A stretch of DNA of 64,000 nucleotides, from IMG/VR virus record IMGVR_UViG_2894484731_000002, one strand, 5' to 3'. Shown here piece after piece: positions 27,903 through 37,315 of the stretch (position 1 is the first letter of the stretch; the number at the start of each line of letters is the position of its first letter). The position numbers and the translations under genes were made by a program. The DNA comes from an uncultured virus (IMG/VR IMGVR_UViG_2894484731_000002). Lineage: Duplodnaviria; Heunggongvirae; Uroviricota; Caudoviricetes. The notes beneath the pieces are model-generated. The model was not told the DNA's origin, ran no database searches, and saw only the letters and a list, made by a program, of their open reading frames with translations.

Positions 27903-29117
27903 TCAGCGGCGCGCGGCAGCCACCAGGGCCGTCTCGGCGGCCTCGTCGAGCGGCGGCGCCATCACCTGGCTGGTGTCCGCCCGGGCGGCCAGCTCGACGG
28001 CGCGGCGGGCGGCGGCCAGCACCTCCGCGGTGCGGGCGCCGGCCCGGGCCGCCAGCGTGGCGGCCGTCCACGGTGTTCGCGCCTTCCCGGATTTGGTGAC
28101 GCCTTCGCCGCGCGCTTGCGGGGTGGCGGCCAGGCGGTCGCGGACCAGCCCGTACAGCAGGAGCGCCGCGTCCGCCGCGGCGGGGTCGCCGGCTGCCTCG
28201 GCGCGGGCGGCGTCGAGCCCGGCCAGGATCTCGCCCATCGACAGCCGCTCGGTGAACGGCTGCCCCAACTCGAGCTCCGCCGCGCGGTAGTCAGCGGCTA
28301 GGGCGGGCCGCAGCGCGGCGGCCAGCATCAGATCCTCCAGGCTCGCCAGGACGCACAATGCGCAGGAGAGGCGGGCGAGGCCCCAGCTGTACCCGGCGTG
28401 GGGGCGCAGCCCGGCGCGGCGGATCTCCGCCCACACCTCCGCGATCGACCAGCCGTGGATGGGCAGCCACCGGGTGATGGTGCGGTTACGCGACGACTGC
28501 CGCCGGTCCACCTGCAGAAGCGGCTGGGCGGCGCGGCCCGGCGACTCCTGGGCGCGCAGCCCGAGGCAGTACAGCACGGGCACCGGCTGCCCGGCCGGGA
28601 TGCGTTCAGCGGCGCGGACCTCGGCGACCGCCCGGGTCACCCAGGCCATGGCGGGGCCGGTCTTCTGATCGCTGGTGCAGAAACGCGCGTTGTTGCTCAT
28701 CCAGCGGCGGCGCTGCACCAGCACCTGGTGCCACAGCCCGCCGCCGTTGCGGGTGACGGTGACGAACTCCAGCCCGTAGGCGGCGGCGTGCTCGCGGGCG
28801 GCGGCCTCCACCCCTGGCCACTCCACCGGCTCGCCCGAGCCGGTCACCCCGAGGTGGTTGTGCAGCACGACGACCCGCCCCCGGTAGTCCTGCTCCTCGA
28901 TGAGGCGGCAAACGTGCGCCAGCATGGCCAGGGAGTCCTTCCCGGCCGAGGTGCACACCACGATCAGGCGGTAGGCGTTCAGGTCCGGCGCCGCCCCGCC
29001 GGAACACGCCGGCCCCCGCCGCCGAGGTGGCGGCAGGGGCAGGGCTGTTTGGACCAGCCCGGCTGCCGGGCGGGCACGCCCCGGGTTACCGACCCGCACC
29101 CCGCGCCGGGCGGTCAC
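27903..29117 (-). CDS. PAPS-reductase-family (PP-loop, Fe-S) protein
   Basis: TSAGKDS PP-loop, RFCTSDQK, GLRAQES..R, WLPIHGW, RLSCALC; GTGA-coupled start. Confidence 0.88.
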   Translation of the reverse strand: MTARRGVRVGNPGRARPAAGLVQTALPLPPPRRRGPACSGGAAPDLNAYRLIVVCTSAGKDSLAMLAHVCRLIEEQDYRGRVVVLHNHLGVTGSGEPVEWPGVEAAAREHAAAYGLEFVTVTRNGGGLWHQVLVQRRRWMSNNARFCTSDQKTGPAMAWVTRAVAEVRAAERIPAGQPVPVLYCLGLRAQESPGRAAQPLLQVDRRQSSRNRTITRWLPIHGWSIAEVWAEIRRAGLRPHAGYSWGLARLSCALCVLASLEDLMLAAALRPALAADYRAAELELGQPFTERLSMGEILAGLDAARAEAAGDPAAADAALLLYGLVRDRLAATPQARGEGVTKSGKARTPWTAATLAARAGARTAEVLAAARRAVELAARADTSQVMAPPLDEAAETALVAAARR

Positions 29118-29359
29118 CGGCACTGCTCGCGCCACCACACCTCCACGGGCACCGGCCCATCGCACGTCACCGTGTACGCGGGGTCACCCAGGCGGGCCTG
29201 GTAGGTGGACCCCGCCCACTCCCCGGCGCGGACGTGCCAGATCAGGTGCCCGTACGGGCAGACCACGCTGACCCCGCCGCCGCGTAGGCGGCGCACGATC
29301 GGGCGGGCGGCGTGCGGGCGCGGCAGGCCGGGGTCGCCCAGCAGCGACAGCTGGCTCAC
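29114..29359 (-). CDS. hypothetical protein
   Basis: Translationally coupled small ORF with CPYGH. Confidence 0.6.
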   Translation of the reverse strand: MSQLSLLGDPGLPRPHAARPIVRRLRGGGVSVVCPYGHLIWHVRAGEWAGSTYQARLGDPAYTVTCDGPVPVEVWWREQCR

Positions 29360-30069
29360 CCGCCCGCCCCCTCAAGCGGCGGGAGGACCAGCCCGGGCAC
29401 CTCCACCGGGTACAGCGAATAGCCGTCCTCGCCTTCGCGGGCGTCGAAGTACACCCGGACCGCCTGGGCGTCGTCGGCGGGCGGCACCTCCGGCACGCCG
29501 GGCTCGCCGGCCACCCGGTGCCACGACTCGCGGACCTTCGGAGCCAGGTGCGCGACCCCGGCCTGTTCGCTGGGGTGGACGGTGACCTCCCCGGTGGTGC
29601 GGGCGTCGTCGTCGTGGTGCAGCAGCCACACCACCGGCACCCGCGCGGCGGGCACCTCCACGGCGGGCAGGGGGAGCGTGTACTGCTCGTGGTCGTGCTC
29701 GGCCTGCTGCCACCCCGCCTCGGCCAGCACCTGGTGGGTGACGTCGAACGCCAGCGCGTCGAACAGCAGCTCCTCGATCTCCCGCGTCTCCGGCAGGGTG
29801 AGCCGCCACTCGATGTCAGGGTCGTCCCAGTCCCACACCGCCCCGGCCGGCTCGCCGATGCGCACCAGGCTGGGCCGCACGTCGCCGCGCGGCATGCAGT
29901 CGGTCAGGTCGACCGTCACCGTGGCCGCGCCCGGGAAGTGCTGCCGCACCAGGCGGGCCAGGCGCACCGCGCAGCGGCGCAGGTGCTCGGCGCGGGCGGC
30001 GTCCCCGGCCGCCCACGCCTGCTGCACCCAGGCGGCTACCTCCTCATCCGTCACGTGCTGGGCGGTCAC
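29356..30069 (-). CDS. hypothetical protein
   Basis: GTGA-coupled start (VTAQHV). Confidence 0.65.
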   Translation of the reverse strand: MTAQHVTDEEVAAWVQQAWAAGDAARAEHLRRCAVRLARLVRQHFPGAATVTVDLTDCMPRGDVRPSLVRIGEPAGAVWDWDDPDIEWRLTLPETREIEELLFDALAFDVTHQVLAEAGWQQAEHDHEQYTLPLPAVEVPAARVPVVWLLHHDDDARTTGEVTVHPSEQAGVAHLAPKVRESWHRVAGEPGVPEVPPADDAQAVRVYFDAREGEDGYSLYPVEVPGLVLPPLEGAGG

Positions 30070-30548
30070 GGCGTCTGCCCCTTCCCGGCGGCGGGGACCA
30101 GCGTGACGGCTTCCAGCGGGTTGAACCGGGACGACGCCGCCCCGCCGTACGGCGGCAGCGGCTCGTCGTCGGGGTGGTCGACCTCGCAGCCGCGGGCCGC
30201 CTGGTGCAGCTCGGCCAGGCGGCGGCCCCGCTTGCACGCGCACGGCACGCCCGGCCCCGCCTGCGGGTGCAGGCCGGTGTCGCCGCAGGCGGCGCAGTCG
30301 GGGGCGTCCCGCCAGCCGCGCCCCGCCCCGGGGGTGCGCCGCGGTGCCAGGGCGGCGGGGGCGGTCGCCTGCACCGCCGCCACGATCAGGTCCGCGACGA
30401 CCCTGCCGTTGGGGCAGGCGGTCACGTCCACGACCAGCGGCGGCTGCCCGGGGCGGGCCGGGGTGTCGACGATTTGCCACACCCCCAGGTCCGACTCCAT
30501 CGGGTTGTCCTCGCGGGGCAGGGCCTGCCAGGTGGTGACGTCCGTCAT
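30066..30548 (-). CDS. hypothetical protein with CxxC...CxC
   Basis: ATGA-coupled; CAACGDTG...PCAC. Confidence 0.6.
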   Translation of the reverse strand: MTDVTTWQALPREDNPMESDLGVWQIVDTPARPGQPPLVVDVTACPNGRVVADLIVAAVQATAPAALAPRRTPGAGRGWRDAPDCAACGDTGLHPQAGPGVPCACKRGRRLAELHQAARGCEVDHPDDEPLPPYGGAASSRFNPLEAVTLVPAAGKGQTP

Positions 30549-30775
30549 GGCTGCTCGTTCCCTCCGGTGTGGTCGTGCTCGGTGACCAGGTCGGCGAGCT
30601 GGTCAGGGGTGGGGTAGGCGTCGAAGGACTCGTCGAGGGTCAGCGTGTCGCCGGTCGCGGCGTCTTCGACGTCGTAGCTGCGGCCGTCCTGCCCGCGCCA
30701 GGTGATCTCGACGACGCGGACGCGGCGGCCGCTCACCGTGTGCTCGCCGACGGCGCGCTCTGAGGTGACGGTCAT
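30545..30775 (-). CDS. hypothetical protein
   Basis: GGAGG SD plus ATG. Confidence 0.7.
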   Translation of the reverse strand: MTVTSERAVGEHTVSGRRVRVVEITWRGQDGRSYDVEDAATGDTLTLDESFDAYPTPDQLADLVTEHDHTGGNEQP

Positions 30776-30832
30776 GGGTGGTGTCCTCCAAGCGGTTGGG
30801 GGCCGGGCGGCGCGGACGCCCGGCTGGGCGGG

Positions 30833-31171
30833 TTAGTTGTCGGCGGGCAGGACTCCGGCCATGCGGCAGACCTCGGCGGCGAACTCGTGGGTGATGTTGG
30901 GCTGGCCGTAGGCGCGGACGTGGTCGTGGAAGTCGTCGAGGTGGCTGCTGATGTCCCGCCACTGCTCGGGGGTCAGCTGCAGCCCGTGCGCCCGGTGCAG
31001 GTAGTCGGCGAACCAGTCGCGGTTGAGGTAGGCCACGGCCAGGTCGCCGATGTCGGCCAGGTCCAGCAGGGCGGCCACCGGGTCGCCGCCGTAGGCGTCG
31101 TCGAGCAGCTGGCGAAGCTGCTGCTGGGCGTGGGGTGCGCTCGGGCGGGACATCAACACAACCTCTTTCAT
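30833..31171 (-). CDS. hypothetical protein
   Basis: ORF directly below a repeated box; alternative start MSRP. Confidence 0.65.
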   Translation of the reverse strand: MKEVVLMSRPSAPHAQQQLRQLLDDAYGGDPVAALLDLADIGDLAVAYLNRDWFADYLHRAHGLQLTPEQWRDISSHLDDFHDHVRAYGQPNITHEFAAEVCRMAGVLPADN

Positions 31172-31203
31172 GTCCTAACTATAGCACGCAATGACTCTGA
31201 TAT
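31170..31203 (-). promoter_or_regulatory. ATATC-N24-GATAT box, copy 4
   Basis: ATGTC ctaactatagcacgcaatgactct GATAT. Confidence 0.7.
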
Positions 31204-31211
31204 GGAGATGG

Positions 31212-32387
31212 TTATGGGTTCTGGGTGTCCTGCGCGGGCAGGCCCCGCGCCTCGCGGAACCGCCGGTTGATCAGCGCCTTCACGTCGGCGACGCTCATCC
31301 CGGCCGCAGCCCGCCCCTCCTCCGCCGACAGGCGGCCCTGCACCTTGTCGTACGGCACGGTGGCGGTGTTGAGCGGGCCGCCGAACCGGTGCTGCCCCTT
31401 CGCCCACTCCACGGTGATCAGCGGCAGACCGCTGCCCGCCCAGTAGATGCCCCACGGGATGGTCACCGACTTGGGGTTTACCCGCATCACCTCGATGGCG
31501 TGCCCCATGTAGATCACGAAGTCGTGCTTGGTGAAGTCGGCCCGGGTCCACACCTTCACCCCGGCCTGCTCGGCGGCGGCCAGCCTGCCCTGCCAGTACG
31601 TGATCTGCTCGTCGAGGTGCGCCAGGTCGGCCTGGTCGCTGGCCAGGCGTTCCCCGGACGGCCACACCCGGCACCAGCGGGTGCCGTCGGGCAGGGTGTC
31701 CAGCACCTTGCACCGCTCGGGCAGCGGCACGCCCGCCCGGATGCTGGTTGTCCAGCCGTCCTCCAGCCGGGAGGCCAGGCGGCGGCGGTCGGCCTGCAGC
31801 CGGTCGATGCGGCGGCGGGTGGTGCCGACGTCTTCCCGGTGCGCCTGGTTGGCGGTGGCGCCCTCGGCGCGGCCCGCCCAGTACCGGCCCTTGCGCAGCT
31901 CGGTCACGGCGCGGCCGTCCTGGGTGTCGGCCCAGCGCAGCAAGCGGCGGTGCCCCCGCTCCCCGGACGACCCGACCAGGATGGGCTGCCCCGGCGGCAG
32001 GTGCTGCATGCGGGCGCGGGTCGCCTCCCACCGGGCGTTGCCGGCCGAGGTGTTGCGCCAGGCGCGGGCGGCGAACCGGGCGGCCCGCTCCCGGGCGGCG
32101 TCGCGCCGCTCCGCCTCCACCTGCGCGACCGGGCGGCCCGGGGTGGTGTTGTCGATGTCGAGCTGCACCGTCCACCCGGCGGCGCGCAGCGCCTCCGCCG
32201 CGGTGTCGATCGTCCACCGGTCGGCGGCGCGGTCGCGGGAGTGGCGGATGTACAGGCCGACGTTGCGGGACCAGTGCCACCCCCTGACGGCGCGGACGAT
32301 GTCCCACACGCCGTCGCCCTTGCGGGACCCGTGCAGGATCGTGCCGTCGGCGCGGGTGTGGACGATGCGCAGCGTGCCCTTGCTCAT
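31212..32387 (-). CDS. DUF3560-like protein
   Basis: GQPILVGSSGERGHRR variant of the GQPILVGHHSE motif; GGAGG SD. Confidence 0.7.
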   Translation of the reverse strand: MSKGTLRIVHTRADGTILHGSRKGDGVWDIVRAVRGWHWSRNVGLYIRHSRDRAADRWTIDTAAEALRAAGWTVQLDIDNTTPGRPVAQVEAERRDAARERAARFAARAWRNTSAGNARWEATRARMQHLPPGQPILVGSSGERGHRRLLRWADTQDGRAVTELRKGRYWAGRAEGATANQAHREDVGTTRRRIDRLQADRRRLASRLEDGWTTSIRAGVPLPERCKVLDTLPDGTRWCRVWPSGERLASDQADLAHLDEQITYWQGRLAAAEQAGVKVWTRADFTKHDFVIYMGHAIEVMRVNPKSVTIPWGIYWAGSGLPLITVEWAKGQHRFGGPLNTATVPYDKVQGRLSAEEGRAAAGMSVADVKALINRRFREARGLPAQDTQNP

Positions 32388-32444
32388 GCTGGTTTTCCTC
32401 CGTTGCGGGGCGGCCCGGCCGCGCGGTGGCCGGGTCCCTTGGGG

Positions 32445-32867
32445 TCAGGGCGTGTCGTTGATGGCGTAGCCGACGGCGAACCCGGCGCCGCGCAGCGCGG
32501 CGGCCGCCGCCTGGATGCTGTCCCAGTCCGCCGCCCGGCCGGACGAACGGGGGATTTCGACGCGGCCCCGCCTGCGGTTCATGCGGAACCCGTGCAGGCG
32601 GGCCACCGCCAGCACCCCGTTGCCGGGCTCGGTGCCGTCGATGTGGGTGCCGTCGGCGCGGCTGTGGGTGATGATCAGGCGGGGGCGGCCGGTGCCGCCC
32701 ACCAGCTTGGCCAGGTCCCACAGCAGGTCCAGGCCCTTGGTGTCGCTGTCGTCCCACTCGGCGTCGCGGACGCGTTCCCCGGCGGCGTCGCGGGCGATGA
32801 GCTTGGCGCGGGCCTCCTGCCACTCGGTGATCGCTTCGACGTGCTCGCCCAGGTCGAACAGGTCCAT
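32445..32867 (-). CDS. hypothetical protein; C-terminus paralogous to the N-terminus of the downstream DUF3560-like gene
   Basis: GGAGGAGG SD plus ATG; ITHSRADGT...AAAALRGAG matches IVHTRADGT...AAEALRAAG. Confidence 0.7.
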   Translation of the reverse strand: MDLFDLGEHVEAITEWQEARAKLIARDAAGERVRDAEWDDSDTKGLDLLWDLAKLVGGTGRPRLIITHSRADGTHIDGTEPGNGVLAVARLHGFRMNRRRGRVEIPRSSGRAADWDSIQAAAAALRGAGFAVGYAINDTP

Positions 32868-32887
32868 GGTGTTGGCCTCCTCCGATG

Positions 32888-33451
32888 TCAGCCGGCCGCA
32901 CCGGCGCGGTCGAACAGGTCGAACAGGTCCAGGCGCTCCCGCAGCGGGTCCAGCCACTCGGCGGTCGGCTCGGCCGGGGGCAGCTCCACGTCCGACACGT
33001 CGAACCCGCCGCCGGCCTGGAAGAACAGGCCCGACCGCAGCAGCAGGGCCAGCCGGTAGGTGGGCTGGGCTTCGAGGGCGATGCTCAGCGCCAGGTGCGC
33101 GCCGCGCACGTTGCCGTACAGCTGGCAGGCGTGCGCGGCGAGGACGGCGGCGGGGGCGACGAACACCGGCGGCACCCGCACCCCGAGCCGTGACCACTGC
33201 ACCGCCATGCGGGGCGCGTTGAGGCGGGTGATGCGGGCGGCGGAGGCGTCGCGGACCCAGATGATGTGCAGGGCCACGGCCAGGCGGGCGGCGTCGCCGT
33301 CGTCCAGGTGCTCCCCGCGGTGGAGGCGGTCGAGCAGGGCCGTGCCGTCGGCCGTCATGTCCCCGGCCAGGGCGGCCGGGTCGGCGGCGGCGCGGGCGGC
33401 CAGGTCCGCGCAGTGGGCGCGCAGCGTGTCGGCGTCGATCCTCGTGGGCAT
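32888..33451 (-). CDS. DUF4192-like protein
   Basis: RLAVAL...VRD...W..L...APAAVLAA...G...A..AL..AL...P.Y.LA.LL pattern. Confidence 0.6.
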   Translation of the reverse strand: MPTRIDADTLRAHCADLAARAAADPAALAGDMTADGTALLDRLHRGEHLDDGDAARLAVALHIIWVRDASAARITRLNAPRMAVQWSRLGVRVPPVFVAPAAVLAAHACQLYGNVRGAHLALSIALEAQPTYRLALLLRSGLFFQAGGGFDVSDVELPPAEPTAEWLDPLRERLDLFDLFDRAGAAG

Positions 33452-33489
33452 CGCAAGCTCCGTTCTGGGGCGGTCAGGTGGTCGGGTTG

Positions 33490-33732
33490 TCAGGCGGTGG
33501 CGCGGGGGATGCCGTCGGCGTCCCGCTGGACCCGCACCAGCCGGTCGGGGTGGTAGGCGTCGGTGCCGCCCTCGGGGCCGGGCCAGCACACCAGCACGTA
33601 GGGGGTGCCGTGGTTGACGGTGTGGCCGCCGCCGATGACCTCGCCGACGGCGGTGTTCCGGTGCGGGGTGCCGTCGACGACTGCGCGGCGCATCGCGACC
33701 TGGTCGCGGCGGGTGAACTGGCCGGGGATCAT
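33490..33732 (-). CDS. hypothetical protein
   Basis: AAGGGAG SD plus ATG. Confidence 0.6.
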   Translation of the reverse strand: MIPGQFTRRDQVAMRRAVVDGTPHRNTAVGEVIGGGHTVNHGTPYVLVCWPGPEGGTDAYHPDRLVRVQRDADGIPRATA

Positions 33733-33809
33733 GCGGGTGGCTCCCTTGCTGCTGGTGGGCGGTGCGGGCGGGTCGGGGGCGGGGGCGCGGGCCCCGCCCC
33801 GGTCGGGGG

Positions 33810-33962
33810 TCAGGCGATCCAGAAGTGCAGGCCGCCCTTGGCCAGCTCGGCGGCCAGCTGCTCGCGGTCGGCGGTGGGGACGTCGACGCGGACCTCCCGG
33901 CCCTCGGCGACGATCACGAACGAGGTGGTCGCGGTGGTGGCGCTGGCGGCGGTGGCGGTCAT
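33810..33962 (-). CDS. small hypothetical protein (50 aa)
   Basis: GAAAGGA SD plus ATG (MTATAASA...) below a repeated box. Confidence 0.6.
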   Translation of the reverse strand: MTATAASATTATTSFVIVAEGREVRVDVPTADREQLAAELAKGGLHFWIA

Positions 33963-33989
33963 CGGTTCGTCCTTTCGTCGTACTTTCTT

Positions 33990-34023
33990 ATATCTAAACC
34001 ATAGCACGCACTGATTTTGATAG
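33990..34023 (-). promoter_or_regulatory. ATATC-N24-GATAT box, copy 5
   Basis: ATATC taaaccatagcacgcactgatttt GATAG. Confidence 0.75.
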
Positions 34024-34071
34024 CACAAGGGACCGGGCGGGACTGGCGGAAAGTTTTCCCTGGTCAGGCGG

Positions 34072-34437
34072 CTACGGCAGGAGCGCGGGCGGGTCCGGCT
34101 CCGGGGCCGGCTCGGGGGCGGGGACGTCGGGCATGTTGATGTGCGCCACCCCGACGCGGCCGCCGTCGAGGCTGACGCGCAGGTACTCCTCCACGGCCAG
34201 GTGCGGCGGCGACCACGCCCCGGACGTGCCGCCGACGCGGCGGCCCGCCTCGTCGTGGAACTCGATGCGCCACTCACCGGCCGCGACCCGGCACGCGGCG
34301 AACCCCGCGTAGTCGCCCTCCCCGTCGTACAGCTCGATGTGGGCGCGGGTCACGCCGCCGGGCGCGCCGCGCGGTGACAGCAGCTCGGCCAGCCCGGCGG
34401 GGATGTGGCGCAGGTCGTCCTGCCGCTGGGCGGTCAC
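34072..34437 (-). CDS. hypothetical protein
   Basis: GTGA-coupled start (VTAQRQ). Confidence 0.6.
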   Translation of the reverse strand: MTAQRQDDLRHIPAGLAELLSPRGAPGGVTRAHIELYDGEGDYAGFAACRVAAGEWRIEFHDEAGRRVGGTSGAWSPPHLAVEEYLRVSLDGGRVGVAHINMPDVPAPEPAPEPDPPALLP

Positions 34438-34673
34438 GCCGCCGCCTCGTCGATGTCGGCGACCTGCTCCAGGAACACCACCGCCTGCGGCTCGTCGCTG
34501 CCGGGCGGGCACAGCCAGGCGAAGGCACGGCCCCGCTCGTAGGTGAACACCAGCCGCCGGTACTCGGCGGCGTCGTCGCCGGTCTTGTCGCCGTCGTGTG
34601 TGGTCAGGTCGACCGTTTTGCCCGCCCACTGGGCGGCGTGCTCGGCCTTGAATCGTCCGAACGCGAACTGCAT
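34434..34673 (-). CDS. hypothetical protein
   Basis: GAGGAG SD plus ATG (MQFAFG). Confidence 0.65.
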   Translation of the reverse strand: MQFAFGRFKAEHAAQWAGKTVDLTTHDGDKTGDDAAEYRRLVFTYERGRAFAWLCPPGSDEPQAVVFLEQVADIDEAAA

Positions 34674-34701
34674 GGGGGCGCTCCTCTCATCGTCCAACTT
34701 T

Positions 34702-34735
34702 ATATCTAAATCATAGCCTGTGCTGCTCTTGATAT
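34702..34735 (-). promoter_or_regulatory. ATATC-N24-GATAT box, copy 6
   Basis: ATATC taaatcatagcctgtgctgctctt GATAT. Confidence 0.75.
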
Positions 34736-34931
34736 GAAGGTGGCGGTCGGACTGGTGCAGACCGGCCGCCCACCCCGGGGGCTACTGCCCGCCGTCGCCG
34801 TGGTCGTCGCCGTCCTTGCCGGGCAGCACCACCCGGTCGACGATGCGCATCTGGTCGCGCACCAGCCGCTCCAGCTCCTCGTTCGTCACCTCGTCACCCC
34901 CTCCCCGGGTGCCGGCCCCCACCGCGTGGGG

Positions 34932-35456
34932 TCAGCCGAACAGGGACGTCTGCACGGGCTGCTCCGCCGGCCGCCGCCCGGCGCCGGGCCGGTCGGGCCG
35001 GTCGGGGCGGACGACCGCCATGGCGTACCCGCCGCCCGGGGCCCGCCCCGGCACGTGGCGGGTCCCCGCGGAGCCGCGCCACTCCAGCACCGGGCCGCCC
35101 CGCTCGAACCAGCCCTCCGGGTAGGCCCTGCGGGCGTCGGCCTCCCACTTGGCGATCTTCTTCTTGCTGCTGCTGTCGATGTTGTAGGGGCAGTGCACCA
35201 GCACCGGCATGCCCCGCCAGCCGGGGAAGGCGTGGTCGTGGCCGTCCTCCACCGCCTCGCCCTCCCCGGACCGGATCGGCCCGGCGTGGCCGCAGCCGTC
35301 GCAGAACGACCGGTACCGCAGGTGGCGCTCCGGATCCCGCACCGTCGGCGGGTTCGGCATCGGTGGGTTGTGCGACCACGACAGGACCGCCACCACGCAC
35401 TGCCCCGTCGGGCTCGGGGCCGGGTCGGCGGTGCCGGGTGCGGCGTCAACGCTCAT
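34932..35456 (-). CDS. DUF6349-like hypothetical protein
   Basis: CDGCG..GP...AVEDGHDHAFPGWR..P...GTRHVPGR..GGY. Confidence 0.55.
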   Translation of the reverse strand: MSVDAAPGTADPAPSPTGQCVVAVLSWSHNPPMPNPPTVRDPERHLRYRSFCDGCGHAGPIRSGEGEAVEDGHDHAFPGWRGMPVLVHCPYNIDSSSKKKIAKWEADARRAYPEGWFERGGPVLEWRGSAGTRHVPGRAPGGGYAMAVVRPDRPDRPGAGRRPAEQPVQTSLFG

Positions 35457-35521
35457 GCTCAAACGCTCCTTTGCGTCAGGGGTGGCGGGGTGGCGGCCCG
35501 GTGGCCGCCACCCCGGCGGGG

Positions 35522-35983
35522 CTACTGCCTGGCCGCCTCACGGGCGGCGCGGGCGTCGCGCTCGGCGCGGGCCTGGCGGGCGGCGTCCTTGGCGGCGCGG
35601 GCGGCGGTGCGCTCGGCGGCGACGGCGCGGACCGTGCCCAGTTCGGCCGTCACCAGGGCGGCCGCCGCCGGGTTGGACTGCTCCGCATCCCGGCGGGCCA
35701 GGCGGGTGGCGGTGCGGGCCACGACCCGCTCGTGGCGGGCGGTGTCGTACCGCCGCTCGGCCGTCTGCCTGCGCTCCGCCGTGCCCCGGAACCCGTACAG
35801 GCGGTCGTCGTCGGCGACGGCCTGCTGCCAGGACTGGCGGGCCAGGTGGTCGGCGTACTCGGCGCCGGGCAGGCCCAGCCCGGCCCGGAGGTAGGCGTCC
35901 GCCGCCGGGTCGCCGGTCGCCACCAGGCGGTCGCGGGCGGGGGCGGGCTCGTCCTCGGTCCACATCAGCTCGAACGGGATCAT
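35522..35983 (-). CDS. hypothetical protein
   Basis: GAGGAGG SD plus ATG below a repeated box. Confidence 0.7.
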   Translation of the reverse strand: MIPFELMWTEDEPAPARDRLVATGDPAADAYLRAGLGLPGAEYADHLARQSWQQAVADDDRLYGFRGTAERRQTAERRYDTARHERVVARTATRLARRDAEQSNPAAAALVTAELGTVRAVAAERTAARAAKDAARQARAERDARAAREAARQ

Positions 35984-36017
35984 CGGGGCGCCTCCTCAGG
36001 TCGGACACGAACTCCTT

Positions 36018-36051
36018 ATATCAAAACCATAGCCTACACTGGCAATGATGT
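36018..36051 (-). promoter_or_regulatory. ATATC-N24-GATAT box, copy 7
   Basis: ATATC aaaaccatagcctacactggcaat GATGT. Confidence 0.7.
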
Positions 36052-36112
36052 CCAGTGTTTTCGCAGGCCAGGAGGGGTGCGCCCGCCCCCGGCGGGGCGG
36101 GCGCACCCGGGG

Positions 36113-36787
36113 TCAGCGGGTGCGGGCGCGGGTGCCGCGCGGGGCGCGCGGCCGCCGGTTCAGGCGGGCGGCGACCTGGTCGCGGCGGGCGCGCAGCCGG
36201 TCGAAGAACTCCCACTCGTCGGCGGGGGCGGGCACGGTGCGGGTCATGTCGCCCAGGCCCCGGCCCGTCCAGTCCACCTCCTCGTTCAGGCGGGCCAGAC
36301 AGCCGGCCAGGACGGCGGCGGCCAGCGGGTGCGCGGCGGTGTGGTGCGTGCGCCGGACCCTGCGGGCGATGCGCGCCGCGGCCTTCCGCATCCCGGCGGT
36401 CTCGCGCCGCTCGTTCGCGCACTCCCAGCACGGGTGCGGCTGGTCGGCGCAGTCGCCGCCGGTCCGGTCGAGCAGCCGGGCCGCGCCGTCGGCAACGCCC
36501 TCGGCGACGCTGGCCCACTCGGCGGCCAGCAGGGCGGCGGGGCGGTAGCGGCCCCGCCCGGCGACCTGCGGGCGCAGCCGGTCGACCAGGTCCCGCAGGT
36601 CGTAGGCGCGGGCCTCGCCGGCCGCGCAGTCGTCGCACAGGCCCGTCTCCGGGTCCAGGTCCGGGCAGAAGCACCAGCCCGGCCCGTCGAGGCGGCTGGC
36701 CGACCACAGCAGGGCGTCGATGACCTGCGTCCACTGCTCGGCGGGCAGGGTGACGACGACGGGCGCGGCGGCCGGGCGTGTGATCAT
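36113..36787 (-). CDS. Cys-containing hypothetical protein
   Basis: GAGGAGG SD; CFC...CDDC and C...CWEC. Confidence 0.7.
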   Translation of the reverse strand: MITRPAAAPVVVTLPAEQWTQVIDALLWSASRLDGPGWCFCPDLDPETGLCDDCAAGEARAYDLRDLVDRLRPQVAGRGRYRPAALLAAEWASVAEGVADGAARLLDRTGGDCADQPHPCWECANERRETAGMRKAAARIARRVRRTHHTAAHPLAAAVLAGCLARLNEEVDWTGRGLGDMTRTVPAPADEWEFFDRLRARRDQVAARLNRRPRAPRGTRARTR

Positions 36788-36803
36788 TCGGGATGCCTCC
36801 TCG

Positions 36804-36837
36804 GTGTCAGGATCAGATGGGGCGATGGTGGTGATAT
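36804..36837 (-). promoter_or_regulatory. ATATC-N24-GATAT box, copy 8 (degenerate)
   Basis: GTGTC aggatcagatggggcgatggtggt GATAT. Confidence 0.45.
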
Positions 36838-36883
36838 GACCGGGGGTGCGGGCCTGCCCGCGCGGGCGGGCCCGCGCGGCGGG

Positions 36884-37207
36884 TCAGCCGTTCATGCGGT
36901 GGGCGGCGGGGCCGTGCACCTCGCGCAGGATGGTGCCGCGTATGCCGATGCGGGCCCCGTGGATCTGGCCGTCGGTCGTGTAGTACACGAAGGAGAAGGG
37001 GCCGACGTAGTCGGGCCGCAGCTGCGCCATCAGCTCGCTGCACGGGTTGCCGGTGGCGAAGGCGAAGCCGTCGCGGGCGGCGATCGCCAGGATCGCGGCG
37101 CGCTGCTCGGCGGTACGGACCGGCTGCAGCGCCTCGGCGTCGCGGCGGACGCCGACGGGGATGGTCGGCAGGGCGGCGGCGGGGGCGGTGATCGAGTCAG
37201 CGTTCAT
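36884..37207 (-). CDS. hypothetical protein (possibly leaderless)
   Basis: ATG overlaps the half-site of the repeated box. Confidence 0.65.
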   Translation of the reverse strand: MNADSITAPAAALPTIPVGVRRDAEALQPVRTAEQRAAILAIAARDGFAFATGNPCSELMAQLRPDYVGPFSFVYYTTDGQIHGARIGIRGTILREVHGPAAHRMNG

Positions 37208-37239
37208 GTCTCGATTATAGCCTACTATTCCTCTGATAT
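37206..37239 (-). promoter_or_regulatory. ATATC-N24-GATAT box, copy 9
   Basis: ATGTC tcgattatagcctactattcctct GATAT. Confidence 0.7.
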
Positions 37240-37315
37240 GCCTTCTGAGCTGGGGTTTTACGCTCGGGTTTCCGGCGGCGGCGGGGGGCGGCGCGCGGCC
37301 TCCGCCCCCTGGGTG

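Noticed and set aside
27903..29117. cysH / sulfate assimilation or a complete dnd phosphorothioation cluster
   Set aside because: No cys or dndB/D/E neighbours are recognisable; only family-level similarity is supported.
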